Positions 52,709 to 62,655 of a DNA stretch of 64,000 nt are shown here, in pieces; position 1 is the stretch's first letter; each line of letters starts with the position of its first letter. Location of the stretch: positions 64,001 through 128,000 of the forward strand of contig JALHMH010000007.1 in assembly GCA_022844165.1 (NCBI GenBank), written 5' to 3'. The notes under the pieces are model-generated. The model was not told where the DNA came from. It searched no databases and was given only the letters and a program-made list of their open reading frames with translations. The translations under genes and the position numbers were made by a program. The DNA is from Lysobacterales bacterium (GTDB taxonomy: Bacteria; Pseudomonadota; Gammaproteobacteria; Xanthomonadales; SZUA-5).

Positions 52709-53527
52709 CTACCCTTCCGGCGCGACGCTGGAGAACTCCGCGCGTCGCAGCAAACGCAGCTCGCCGCGTTTGCTGAAAACTTCGATTTGCGACTCTGGTT
52801 TGCCGAGCACCAAAACGCCCGTTTTGTTCGGCTCCTGACCCGGCTGTTGCGTCACCTCCACGCTAAAGTCGGTGGCGAACGGCGCTGAAGAGGCAATAGT
52901 CATGGTCGCGTTCAACGCATCCATCAGGCCCAGCACAATCGCTCCAGTGCCAGAGATCACACGTTGGCGCGTGCCGGGCAGCGGCCCTTCGAATTGACCC
53001 TCGATTTCTCCACCGTCGGTCGCAACATCGACTGCGCCTGTCACGCCGCGAAAAGTGATGTTGCCGCTGCGACTGCGCGCCTGCAGCTCCGCACGGAGCC
53101 CCCGCACCTCGATAAGACCGTTCTGTGTTTCGATGTCCAGAGAATGCTTCTCTGCCACGTACAAGGTGAGATCGAGGCGTTGACCAGGCTGCTGGGTCGC
53201 GCCATCGGGCAAACGCACGACAAGCGAGAAGCGATCGTCTTGTTCTGCATGCACCGAAAGGGCCGGTGCATCAGGCGGATTCTGTGCCACGCTGCGCCAC
53301 TCGATTTGCGAAACGTAACCGCCAAAGCGCACGCGCACATCGCCGAAAGGATTTCGAACCACAATCGGCATGCCAGCCAACAGCGGTTTGATCTGCGTGT
53401 CGCGTTGCAGCTCTGCTGCGGGTGCGAGCGGTAACCGCAGGTCTGTGGACGTCTCACGCGGCGTCGTGGCGCACGCCGCCAAGGCGATTGCCGCAGCCAT
53501 CCACACCAAGTACCGCTGATCCGACAT
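52709..53527 (-). CDS. Lipoprotein with DUF4097/adhesin-like beta repeats
   Basis: Lipobox LAAC; repeats of T.NG.I, SRSGNI, TDGGEI, SGTGAI. Confidence 0.7.
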   Translation of the reverse strand: MSDQRYLVWMAAAIALAACATTPRETSTDLRLPLAPAAELQRDTQIKPLLAGMPIVVRNPFGDVRVRFGGYVSQIEWRSVAQNPPDAPALSVHAEQDDRFSLVVRLPDGATQQPGQRLDLTLYVAEKHSLDIETQNGLIEVRGLRAELQARSRSGNITFRGVTGAVDVATDGGEIEGQFEGPLPGTRQRVISGTGAIVLGLMDALNATMTIASSAPFATDFSVEVTQQPGQEPNKTGVLVLGKPESQIEVFSKRGELRLLRRAEFSSVAPEG

Positions 53528-53818
53528 GCACGTTCCCCAACGCACGCTGTGGCCGCTCGTCGACGCCAGCGAGTGGCGAACGAGACCTGAACTTCCGTAC
53601 CGTGATTCCGGCTACCCCATGAGCCGGCGGGGGCGGACTTTATTCAGTGCCGATTCAACTGTCAACCATTGATGCGGGTTTCAACGTAACCCGTTGCTCG
53701 GATCGAACGAGCGGACGGCGCGCAGCAATGCCGTACATCCAGAGACAGGCAAGCATCCCGCTCCGTTGAGGGTTGGCGGTTGGTATTGTCGAAGCTCCGC
53801 TCTTTTGACTTTTGCAAC

Positions 53819-54655
53819 ATGCACGCGTTCCTGGACCGCATTCTCGCGTTGCCGTGGGCCACGCTGACGCTGGATATCGCAGCCCGTATGGCAGTAGCAG
53901 CGTTGGTGTTCGTCGGCGGCTGGTATGCCTCGCGCCTGTTGCTCAAAGTGTTAGTCCGCGTGATGACACGCACCAATGTCGATCCGATGCTGCGCGAGTT
54001 CCTGCGCAATCTCGCCTCTGGCGCGTTGTTCGTTGTGGTCATTGTTGCCACCCTCGACCAGCTCGGCGTGCCGATGACGTCGATATTAGCGGCACTCGGT
54101 GCAGCCGGCCTGGCTGTTGCGCTGGCGCTGCGCGATTCACTATCGAATCTGGCTGCCGGCGTCATGCTCATCCTGCTCAAGCCATTTCGCGCGGGCGATG
54201 CGATCACTGTCGGTGGCGCCGGTGCGCAACAATCGGGTCGCGTCGAGAGCTTGAAGTTGATGCATACGGTACTGGTGACGGCCGACAACAGCGTGCTGGT
54301 TTTGCCGAATAATCTGGTTGCAAGCCAGCCGATCTTGAACGTGTCCGCATTGCCAACCCGACGTCTCGACTTGCTTGTTTCGATTGCGCTGCGTGAGAAC
54401 GTCCCCAAGGCCATTGACGTCCTGGTCACGACTCTGCAGGACGATGTCCGCGTTCTGAAGGACCCGTCTCCGCAAATCACTGTGGAGCGGCTCACCGATA
54501 CCGCGGTCGAAATTGCCCTGCGTCCATGGGTGTCGACCGCCGACTATTGGTCGCTGCGCGCCGATCTATTGCAGCGTATTCAAAGCGCACTCGCCGCGGC
54601 CGAGATCGCCAGCGCCGCACCACCCAAAGAATTCCGATTGGTGCGCGAAGACTGA
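53819..54655 (+). CDS. mscS: Small-conductance mechanosensitive channel family protein
   Basis: LGAAGLAVALAL..SLSNLAAGV.LI..KPFRAGD, T.DN..PN, RRLDL. Confidence 0.88.
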   Translation: MHAFLDRILALPWATLTLDIAARMAVAALVFVGGWYASRLLLKVLVRVMTRTNVDPMLREFLRNLASGALFVVVIVATLDQLGVPMTSILAALGAAGLAVALALRDSLSNLAAGVMLILLKPFRAGDAITVGGAGAQQSGRVESLKLMHTVLVTADNSVLVLPNNLVASQPILNVSALPTRRLDLLVSIALRENVPKAIDVLVTTLQDDVRVLKDPSPQITVERLTDTAVEIALRPWVSTADYWSLRADLLQRIQSALAAAEIASAAPPKEFRLVRED

Positions 54656-54931
54656 TTGCGGCTCTCGCAGCCGATATGACCCGATCGGCGGTGCTTCTGG
54701 TGGGTCTTTGTCTCCAGCCGTCACTGCGCTGGTCGAGACGATTGCGCAGCACACCGACGCGCGACACGCGCGCGCTGACTTTTTAGGCAAGCACCGTGAT
54801 CGAATCCGAGACACAAATCCGATAAACGAATCGCAGCGGCGACCTTGTCGTTGCCTCGCCCCCCCGCGTCGGAACCCTGGTTGCGACCGCGGTGTGTCTG
54901 ACAATCTCACTCATCTTGCGGAGAAAAGCAC

Positions 54932-55183
54932 ATGATCAAAATGCGCAACATGTTGACAGCAATCGTGATGACGGCCGCCATTCCTTCGATGGCCATGGCT
55001 CAATATGGCTACTATCAATCCGATCAATCTCAGGAAGTAGTCCCCTCGTCATACGACCCGTGCACCTCATACCTGATCACAACGTATACCTACACCAGTT
55101 TCTCCGATCCCTCCGATACATACACTACGACCGATAGCGTATCGATCTACAACGAAGACGCTTGCGGTGTGATTCAACCCTGA
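54932..55183 (+). CDS. Small secreted Tyr/Thr/Ser-rich hypothetical protein
   Basis: RBS GGAG, Sec signal ending AMA-Q, two Cys, downstream hairpin GCACGGCTCG/CGGGCCGTGC. Confidence 0.65.
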   Translation: MIKMRNMLTAIVMTAAIPSMAMAQYGYYQSDQSQEVVPSSYDPCTSYLITTYTYTSFSDPSDTYTTTDSVSIYNEDACGVIQP

Positions 55184-55549
55184 TCTCGATCGAATGGCAC
55201 GGCTCGCATTCCGGGCCGTGCCGTGAGACGAGACACACGGACACCGAATTCGGTGCGGCGCGCCAACTGTCGCTTCTGAACTTCGGTCCAGGCTCGCCTC
55301 GGGTTGAACTTTCAGGGAGGCGTTCGCGACCGGGATTGGTTCAAGAGAGCATTTCTCGCTGCTCGCAACCTGGTCCCGACCGATCTCAAATTCCCCGCAC
55401 CAATGCCGACGCGCGATCGGCCGTTACGCTGCACTGATGGCGGCGCAACTCAGACTTGACGTCATGTTTAAACCAGCCTGCCGCAGCTGGCCGTAATGTC
55501 GTCGATCGAGGCATCTGAAATAGACGCCTACGTCGTGTTCGAACCGACC

Positions 55550-56497
55550 TCAGTTCATTCGCGACAACACCGCTGCCCGATCGACCATCGCCGTCGCTGT
55601 TCCCAGTCGCTCGCACGCCATGCCCGCAGCGAGATTGGCGTGGCGCACGGCGGCACCGAAGGGCGCGTCTGGCGCAAACGCCAGAGCAGCGACCAGGGCG
55701 CCGGAAAAGGCATCCCCTGCGCCGGTACTATCGACGGCGTTCACGACGGCGGGCGCGACGCGGTAACAGGCCTCTTCGTCGCCGCGGCGGTTGCGGCCAT
55801 GCGAGACGAAGACACCCGCAGCGCCCAGCGTGATCACCACCGTCGGCACACCGAGCGTGCGCGCCAGCGCGTGCAATTCGAGATCATTCAGTTGCGCCAG
55901 GCTGGTGGCATCGACGCGTTGACCGACGCCTTCCATCAGCGCCGCGAACTCGGTTTCGTTGGGCGTCAGCACATCGATAAGCGCCAACAACTCGGGCGCC
56001 AGCGGCTCATGCATCGGCGCTGGATTCAGCACCATCAGAGCGCCGATCTCACGAGCGCGACGTGCCACCGCCTGGGTTACCGCAAGCGGCGTTTCGCATT
56101 GGGTCAGCACGATACGCGCCGCCGAGCCAATCGCTTCGGCGGCAAACGCCGGCATCAGGGTGAGATTTGCCGCCAAATCGACCACAATCAGATTGCGCCC
56201 ATCGGCATCGATCACGATGCTGGCGGTCGACGTTGGCCGATCGGCACTGACTTGCCAACGCGTCGTCAGGCCTTCGCCTTGCGCAAACTGACGTGCGACG
56301 ACCGCCAACGCATCGTCGCCGAGCGCGCCGACAAACAGCGTTTCCGCCCCTTGACGATGACAAGCCACCGCCTGGTTGAAACCCTTGCCGCCGGGACCAG
56401 TGGAGAAGCGCCCGACGCGCGTTTCGCCAATGACCGGGAAACGCTCCGTCAACCAACAATGGTCCTGCACGAAACTGCCGACCACGACGACGCTCAT
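55550..56497 (-). CDS. rbsK: Ribokinase (PfkB family)
   Basis: VVVVGS..D, GPGGKGFNQAVA, LNPAP, TPNETE, DSTGAGDAF; ATGA overlap with the transporter. Confidence 0.85.
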   Translation of the reverse strand: MSVVVVGSFVQDHCWLTERFPVIGETRVGRFSTGPGGKGFNQAVACHRQGAETLFVGALGDDALAVVARQFAQGEGLTTRWQVSADRPTSTASIVIDADGRNLIVVDLAANLTLMPAFAAEAIGSAARIVLTQCETPLAVTQAVARRAREIGALMVLNPAPMHEPLAPELLALIDVLTPNETEFAALMEGVGQRVDATSLAQLNDLELHALARTLGVPTVVITLGAAGVFVSHGRNRRGDEEACYRVAPAVVNAVDSTGAGDAFSGALVAALAFAPDAPFGAAVRHANLAAGMACERLGTATAMVDRAAVLSRMN

Positions 56498-57801
56498 GAC
56501 GTGAACTTGAGCAATACGCCAGCGATCGTGGCGGTCATAAACGTGGCCAGCGAGCCGCCGAGCACTGCCCGCAATCCTAGGCGTGCGAGATCGCTGCGAC
56601 GCTCTGGCGCGAGGCTGCCGATGCCACCGATCTGGATGGCGATGGAGGCGAAATTGGCGAAACCGCACAGCGCGTAGGTCAGGATCAGCTTGGTTTCGGC
56701 GCTGATCGCAGCGGCGCCCTCGCCCACCGGGATCGTCGCCAGTTGCCCGTAGGCGATAAACTCGTTGAGCACGATCTTCTGACCGATCAAGCCACCCGCG
56801 ATGATCGAGTCTTCCCACGGAATTCCGATCAACCATGCGATCGGCGACAGCAGCACACCGAGGATGCTGCCCAAGTTGATGACAACTGGCACCTCACGGC
56901 CACTGTTGATCCAGCCTGCGATTCCAGTGATGTCCGCGCCCCAGCCGATGACTGCGTTCAGCATCGCGATCAGAGCGGTGAACGCCAACAACATTGCGGC
57001 GATGTTGAGCGCCAGCTTCAAGCCGTCGGCCGCGCCACTCGCTGCGGCATCGATGATGTTCGCTGTGGTCTTTTCGAAATGCACTTTGACTTCGCCACGC
57101 GTCAGCGGCTCGCCAACTTCCGGCACCAGCAGTTTGGCGATCACAAATGTGGCCGGCGCGGCCATGATCGAGGCCGCCAGGAAGTGTTTGGCGAAGATCG
57201 CCTGTTGTTCTGGATCGGGACCGCCGAGCATTTGCACATAGGTTGCCATCACGCCACCGGCGATATGCGCCATGCCGCCGATCATCATCGTCATCAGTTC
57301 CGACTCGGTCATCTTCGGAATGTATGGGCGCACCGTGAGCGGCGCTTCGGTCTGGCCGATGAACACCGACGCGCATACGGTGGTCGTTTCGGCGCCGGAT
57401 ACGCGCATGATCTTCGTGATCGCGAATGCCATGCCGCGCACAATCAGCTGCATCACGCCCAAGTGGTACAGCACTGCCATCAACGAGGCAAAAAAGATGA
57501 TCGTCGGCAGCACCTGGAAGGCGAAGATGAAGCCATAGGTATTGGCATCCAGCAGGTTGCCGAAAATCAACCGTGCACCCTCGGCGGTGAAGCCCGACAA
57601 TGTCACAAAACCGTGCGCCAGCGTATCGAAAATCGCCGCACCAAAAGTGGTCAGCAACACAAACATCGCGAACAACACTTGCAGCACCACACCGGTGCCG
57701 ACCAGCGTCCAATCCACACGCCCGCGGTTATTGGAAAACAGCCACGCGATCGCCAACAGGCTGCAGAGCCCAAACACCCCAAACGCAACGCTCCCCAGCA
57801 T
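56494..57801 (-). CDS. Concentrative nucleoside transporter (CNT/NupC family)
   Basis: FAFQVLPTIIFF, FIGQTEAPL..RPY, NEFIAY, YALCGFANFASIAIQIGG. Confidence 0.93.
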   Translation of the reverse strand: MLGSVAFGVFGLCSLLAIAWLFSNNRGRVDWTLVGTGVVLQVLFAMFVLLTTFGAAIFDTLAHGFVTLSGFTAEGARLIFGNLLDANTYGFIFAFQVLPTIIFFASLMAVLYHLGVMQLIVRGMAFAITKIMRVSGAETTTVCASVFIGQTEAPLTVRPYIPKMTESELMTMMIGGMAHIAGGVMATYVQMLGGPDPEQQAIFAKHFLAASIMAAPATFVIAKLLVPEVGEPLTRGEVKVHFEKTTANIIDAAASGAADGLKLALNIAAMLLAFTALIAMLNAVIGWGADITGIAGWINSGREVPVVINLGSILGVLLSPIAWLIGIPWEDSIIAGGLIGQKIVLNEFIAYGQLATIPVGEGAAAISAETKLILTYALCGFANFASIAIQIGGIGSLAPERRSDLARLGLRAVLGGSLATFMTATIAGVLLKFTS

Positions 57802-57889
57802 GCCCTCGCTCCTCGATGAGTTGTCCCAGGACTATAACCGCGTCAGCGGGAATCGAGGACACCTTTCGGTCGGCGGCGGCTCACAGTGT

Positions 57890-59365
57890 CTATTCGAAGC
57901 CATTCAAGAACACGCCGTCGCCGGCGCCGTTGCGCATGATCAACACAACATCGTCGACTTCGTCGGCGAGCAGCATGTCCAGATCGCCATCGTTATCGAT
58001 GTCATAGAGCGATGCACAAGAAGCGTTTGCGGTAGCCATGATTTGCGTGATCGGCGCGAACACGCCGGCACCGTTATTGCGCAGTAAATACCAGCGCGAT
58101 GCGCCGTAACTCGAGGTGACCCAATCGAGATCGCCGTCGCCATCCAGATCGCCCAGGTCGCTGGCGACCATCTGTCCGTTGAACGCATACATCGTCGCGG
58201 TTCCCAGTCCACCGCTGCCATTGCCGAGCAGAATCGCACCATTGTTGCTCTGGCCATTGACGGCGGCGACATCCAGATTACCGTCGCCGTTGACATCGCC
58301 GAGTACTAGTTTCCAGAGCAAACCGCCGCCGGAGACATTGGCACTGGAAGTAAAGGTACCGTTGCCGTTGCCCGTCAGCACGATCACGCGATTGTCGTTG
58401 CGCGTGCCCACCACCAGGTCCATCACCCCGTCGTTGTTCATATCGCCACTGGCCAATGCGTACTCACCATTGCCCCCCGAATTGAGGTCGACGCGATTGC
58501 CGAACACGCCGCTGCCGTTATTGCGCAGTATCGATAGCGTGTTGCCGACTTCTGTAGCCACTACCAGATCGGCATCGGCGTCTCCATCGATATCCAACGC
58601 AGCGATGCCGTGCGGCACATCGGCAACCGCAACTTGGGGCAACACATGGAAGCGTCCATTTCCCAGACCCAGCGCCACCGACACCGAATCGCTGCTGGTG
58701 TTACTGGTGACAATGTCGATCAGACCGTCGTTGTTAAAGTCGGCCAATTCGCTGGGGCTGGCCTCCAGGCCGATCGCCGGTGGCGGCAACAGCACGGGTC
58801 CCAAACGTCCGCTGCCGTCGGCGCGATTGAGCATCACCCGCAAGTCCGCACTGATTTCGTTGACCGCGATGTAGTCGACCCAGTCGTCCTGATTCAAGTC
58901 AGCGAACGCGCCGCCATACAAACGTGTCAGCGCGCTCGACGTGCGCACCGAGACGTTATCGATTTGCGTAAACACCGCCGGCGCGGCGCCTGCGCGCACC
59001 GTGAACGCGAAGCCGTAACCCGCCGTTTGCAGCGGTGTATTGTCGGCGCCGCGTAAGCTGCCAGCCATTTGCACGGCGACAACTTCGCCTGGGAAGTAGC
59101 GTTTGTTCGGTGTAAACACCAGCTGCGTGTTACCGTTTTCGAAAGCGATGGCGCCTACCAGTGGCCCGCGCTGTTGACCAAAAAAACGGATATTGCTCGC
59201 CGTAAACGTCGCCGGGTCGACGGCGCGATCGAAGTTGATGCGGATCGTCGCATCATTTGCCTGATTGTTGGCATTGCGTGTCGGCGAGTGAGAACTAACC
59301 GACAACGCATACGCAGAGCAGCCGAGCAATGAGCCGGCTATGCCCACCAAAGAATTCCATCGCAT
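57890..59365 (-). CDS. Secreted Ig-like plus FG-GAP/VCBS repeat protein
   Basis: Signal peptide; HSP..N..I.INFDRAVD Ig domain; repeated GD.N.DG.LD motifs; C-terminal DGVFLNGFE. Confidence 0.85.
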   Translation of the reverse strand: MRWNSLVGIAGSLLGCSAYALSVSSHSPTRNANNQANDATIRINFDRAVDPATFTASNIRFFGQQRGPLVGAIAFENGNTQLVFTPNKRYFPGEVVAVQMAGSLRGADNTPLQTAGYGFAFTVRAGAAPAVFTQIDNVSVRTSSALTRLYGGAFADLNQDDWVDYIAVNEISADLRVMLNRADGSGRLGPVLLPPPAIGLEASPSELADFNNDGLIDIVTSNTSSDSVSVALGLGNGRFHVLPQVAVADVPHGIAALDIDGDADADLVVATEVGNTLSILRNNGSGVFGNRVDLNSGGNGEYALASGDMNNDGVMDLVVGTRNDNRVIVLTGNGNGTFTSSANVSGGGLLWKLVLGDVNGDGNLDVAAVNGQSNNGAILLGNGSGGLGTATMYAFNGQMVASDLGDLDGDGDLDWVTSSYGASRWYLLRNNGAGVFAPITQIMATANASCASLYDIDNDGDLDMLLADEVDDVVLIMRNGAGDGVFLNGFE

Positions 59366-59509
59366 GAGGCACCCATCGGACCAATCGCCTCCCCTGCGCG
59401 CCGAATTCTGAATCAACCGCGCGGGCGAATCCGTGCGCGTCCGCACGGTCACTGCGCACCGCTGGCGACCACATCGACTTGCCGCGCGCCGACGAAACCG
59501 GGCGCTGGA

Positions 59510-60019
59510 TTAGCGGATCGCCTCGAAGTTGCCTAGAAACTGGCGATCGGTACTGTTCAAAGGCGTGGTGCCGCGGAGAATCGCGCCCGTGGCGATCCAA
59601 TCGTTCATCAACGCCTGCAAGTCGATACCCGTGGGCGTGGATCCGGGCGGCATGCGCGGAATAATCGATGCTGGCGTGCCGGCGTTGGCGCAGTTGATGC
59701 GCAAGAACACCAAACTCTGCCGCGGCGAACCCGGCACCACGCGGCGAAAATCCGGATAACCGGACGGCGCACCGGTCTCGTCCTCGCCCAACAAATTGAG
59801 CTTGGCGTTGTTCGGCAGCACATTGAAGCCGCCGAGACTCAAGTCGGTATGGCATACGCCGCAACGCTGTTGAAGCAACGGCTGCACCTCGACGTAGAAA
59901 TCCACTTGGAAGTTGGGCGCAATGGCGTCGAGCGGCGAGCAATCCTCGGCTTTGTTGTGCGGCGAGGACGCGGCTTCCTGCGACAACCAGCAAGCCAGCA
60001 GCAATACGATTCGGCGCAT
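59510..60019 (-). CDS. Secreted protein with one CxxCH heme-c motif
   Basis: Signal peptide; VDFYVEVQPLLQQRCGVCH, V.PG.P..S....I, RMP distal Met, WIATGA (planctomycete cytochrome c-like pattern). Confidence 0.72.
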   Translation of the reverse strand: MRRIVLLLACWLSQEAASSPHNKAEDCSPLDAIAPNFQVDFYVEVQPLLQQRCGVCHTDLSLGGFNVLPNNAKLNLLGEDETGAPSGYPDFRRVVPGSPRQSLVFLRINCANAGTPASIIPRMPPGSTPTGIDLQALMNDWIATGAILRGTTPLNSTDRQFLGNFEAIR

Positions 60020-60115
60020 AAGAACTCAGGTCGGCGGGATGCGCTGCAGTTTTGCGCGAGTTGGCACCTGGCGACTGAGATGGCGAGCACAGCGACAGCC
60101 ATTGCCTGGAATCGC

Positions 60116-62323
60116 CTATGGCATCGTTAACGCCTGCATGCAATTGCGTGTATTGGCCGGCTCGTAGGGCGGCAACACCGGATAAAAGCGAATGCGCTGG
60201 CAGCCATCGCCGGTGTCGAACGGTAACCAGCGCACGGCACTCGAGAATTCCAGGCGCAGATCGCTGCTCGGCAGCTTCTGGAACAGCGCGTTCCACACCC
60301 GAAGCGCGCCGGTCGCGCCGGAGAGTCTGGTCGGTTCGTTGTCGTCGCGGCCAAGCCAGACGATGCCAAGGTGCTCGCCGGTATAACCGGCATACCAGCT
60401 GTCGCGCAGACCATCACTGGTGCCGGTTTTCCCCGCCGAATCGATGCGCATGCCGGGTCCCTGGCTCAAGCTGCGCGCGGTACCCGAGAGTGTGGTTTCG
60501 TTGAGCGCCACCGTCACCAGCTTGACAACATCTTCGCCGCTCGCTTCGCCGCTGGGCCGCGGCACGCGGCTTAACACGCCACCACGTTCGTCGAGGACCG
60601 AATGCACCGCCGACAGCGGCACCACATTGCCGCCACTGGCCAGACCCTGATAAAGCTGGGCAACTTCGTAGGGGCTCAAATCGATCGAACCTAGAATCAG
60701 CGAAGGCAGCGGCTGGGCCGGCGGCATCACGCCGAGCGTGCCGATCAGCTGCGCCAACTGCACCACGCCAACGTCCAGCCCGACACGCGCGGTCGCGAGG
60801 TTGTAACTCTTGGCCAACGCGTCGACCAACGGCACCGTGCCATGACTAGTGCGATCGAAATTTTGCGGCTGCCAGGTCTTGCCGGTGGGCAGGCGCAGAC
60901 TCAACGGTTCATCGGACACCAGACTCGCGAGGCTGTAACGCCGCGGTTGTGAAAGGGCTAACAGATAGACAAAGGGCTTGAGCAACGAACCCACCGGCCG
61001 TTTTGCGTCCAGTGCCCGGTTGAACCCTGCGCTGCGTGCGTCGCGCCCCCCGACCAACGCCAGCACTTCGCCCGTGTGAGCATGCGTCAGCACCACAGCA
61101 GCCTCGGTTTTACCCTCGGCATCGACCGTCTTCAGCGTTGTGGCGATGGCTTGCTCGGCAAGGCGCTGCGCACCGGGATCGAGCGTTGTCAAAATTGTCA
61201 GGCCCTGACTCTGCAGCGCGCTCTGATCATATTCTGCGGCCAGCTGCGCGCGAACCAATTGCATGAACGCCGGATAGCGCACACGCGACGGCGGCCTCGG
61301 CACCACGGCAAGCGGCGCTTTCAACGCCGCCGCATGTTCGTCAGCATCAATGAGCCCGGTTTCCAGGAACTGGCCCAGCACGATTCTGCGCCGCGCGATG
61401 GCGCGCTCAGGGTTGCGCCGCGGATCGTAGAACGAAGGCCCCTTGACGAGACCGGCGAGCAACGCGATCTCGGGGGCGTCGAGCGCGTCCAACGACCGTC
61501 CAAAATAGAATTCAGCGCCGGCGCCGAACCCGTGCACCGCCAACGCACCGTTCTGGCCGATATAGGCGCGATTCAAATACGCCTCGAGGATGGTCTGCTT
61601 GTCGAATCGTGCATCGATCACCACCGCAAGGCCCATCTCCATCAGCTTGCGGCGCAACGAGCGATCGTTGCTGAGCAGCGTATTTTTCACCAGCTGTTGA
61701 GTGATCGTGGATCCGCCTTGCACGAGTTTGCGTGCGCGGATGTTTGCCCACATCGCGCGGGCGATGCCCCAGGGATCGATGCCCTCGTGATCCTTGAAGT
61801 TGCGATCTTCGACAGCCTGGATACCGGCAACGAGCAGCGCTGGCATCGCCGCGATCGGCAATGGCAAACGCTCGGTGTCGTCAGTCGGCAAGATGGTTGC
61901 GATTCGCGCCGGATCCACCCGGACTTGCTTCAGATCGCCTCCCCCTATGCGCTTGAGCGTTGCGATGCGGCCGCTCTGCAAGCTCAACCGAAACCGCTCC
62001 GGGGCAGCGCGACCGTCGCCAAAATCGAACCCGCGTGTGTGAATGTCGAAACTCGCACCGTCGCGGCGGAAACTTCCTGGCGTAGCCCCGGTCGGATCGG
62101 CCCGATAGCGCGCTTCCGACAGCTCGACTTCCAGTTGTTCGGCACTGAGGCGTTTGCCGACGCTGAGCAGCATCGGACGGGCGTATACCTTGGAGGCGAC
62201 GGGCTGCGCGCCCAGATCGAAACGTGCATCGATCACACGATTGAAGTAAACGATCGCCGGCAAGAGCACGCCCAACGCCGCGCCAAGGCCAAACCAACTG
62301 CAATTCTTCAGGATGCGCCACAT
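60116..62323 (-). CDS. mrcB: Penicillin-binding protein 1B
   Basis: UB2H region, EDRNF, QGGSTITQQLVKN, transpeptidase SLLK / SYN / KTG motifs. Confidence 0.95.
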   Translation of the reverse strand: MWRILKNCSWFGLGAALGVLLPAIVYFNRVIDARFDLGAQPVASKVYARPMLLSVGKRLSAEQLEVELSEARYRADPTGATPGSFRRDGASFDIHTRGFDFGDGRAAPERFRLSLQSGRIATLKRIGGGDLKQVRVDPARIATILPTDDTERLPLPIAAMPALLVAGIQAVEDRNFKDHEGIDPWGIARAMWANIRARKLVQGGSTITQQLVKNTLLSNDRSLRRKLMEMGLAVVIDARFDKQTILEAYLNRAYIGQNGALAVHGFGAGAEFYFGRSLDALDAPEIALLAGLVKGPSFYDPRRNPERAIARRRIVLGQFLETGLIDADEHAAALKAPLAVVPRPPSRVRYPAFMQLVRAQLAAEYDQSALQSQGLTILTTLDPGAQRLAEQAIATTLKTVDAEGKTEAAVVLTHAHTGEVLALVGGRDARSAGFNRALDAKRPVGSLLKPFVYLLALSQPRRYSLASLVSDEPLSLRLPTGKTWQPQNFDRTSHGTVPLVDALAKSYNLATARVGLDVGVVQLAQLIGTLGVMPPAQPLPSLILGSIDLSPYEVAQLYQGLASGGNVVPLSAVHSVLDERGGVLSRVPRPSGEASGEDVVKLVTVALNETTLSGTARSLSQGPGMRIDSAGKTGTSDGLRDSWYAGYTGEHLGIVWLGRDDNEPTRLSGATGALRVWNALFQKLPSSDLRLEFSSAVRWLPFDTGDGCQRIRFYPVLPPYEPANTRNCMQALTMP

Positions 62324-62414
62324 GGGTGGCGAGCATATCCGCTAGCGTTGGCAGACGCGAAAGAACAAACTCGGGCGGATTGGGGCAAGTGCGAAGTGGT
62401 TCATAGTCCTTGAA

Positions 62415-62612
62415 AGCGGTTGCCCGGCCGGCTGTTGAGAAGCCGCCTGCTGGTGAGAACCAGGGATGGTCCGCTCATGGACCGAGCACGCAAGTGCTTG
62501 ATCCACGTAGAGCGAGTGCGCGCCTGCGCCGGACTCGCGACATCGAGAAAGTGCAGGAAAGCACTTTCTCAGTGTCGTGATAGTGTGGTGCGCACTCGTG
62601 GAACAATCCGCA
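62415..62612 (+). ncRNA. Candidate ~200-nt highly structured RNA
   Basis: Four short hairpins (two with GNRA loops), a three-way junction, an 86-nt long hairpin with G-U pairs valid only on the + strand, and a closing stem; -10-like CATAGT at 62402-62407. Confidence 0.7.
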
Positions 62613-62655
62613 AAACCCTATTAATCCAAGAATCACCCGGCGCCACCCAACTGTG

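Noticed and set aside
62375-62612. Functional retron
   Set aside because: The RNA layout is suggestive, but no reverse transcriptase is encoded nearby; kept only as a structured RNA candidate
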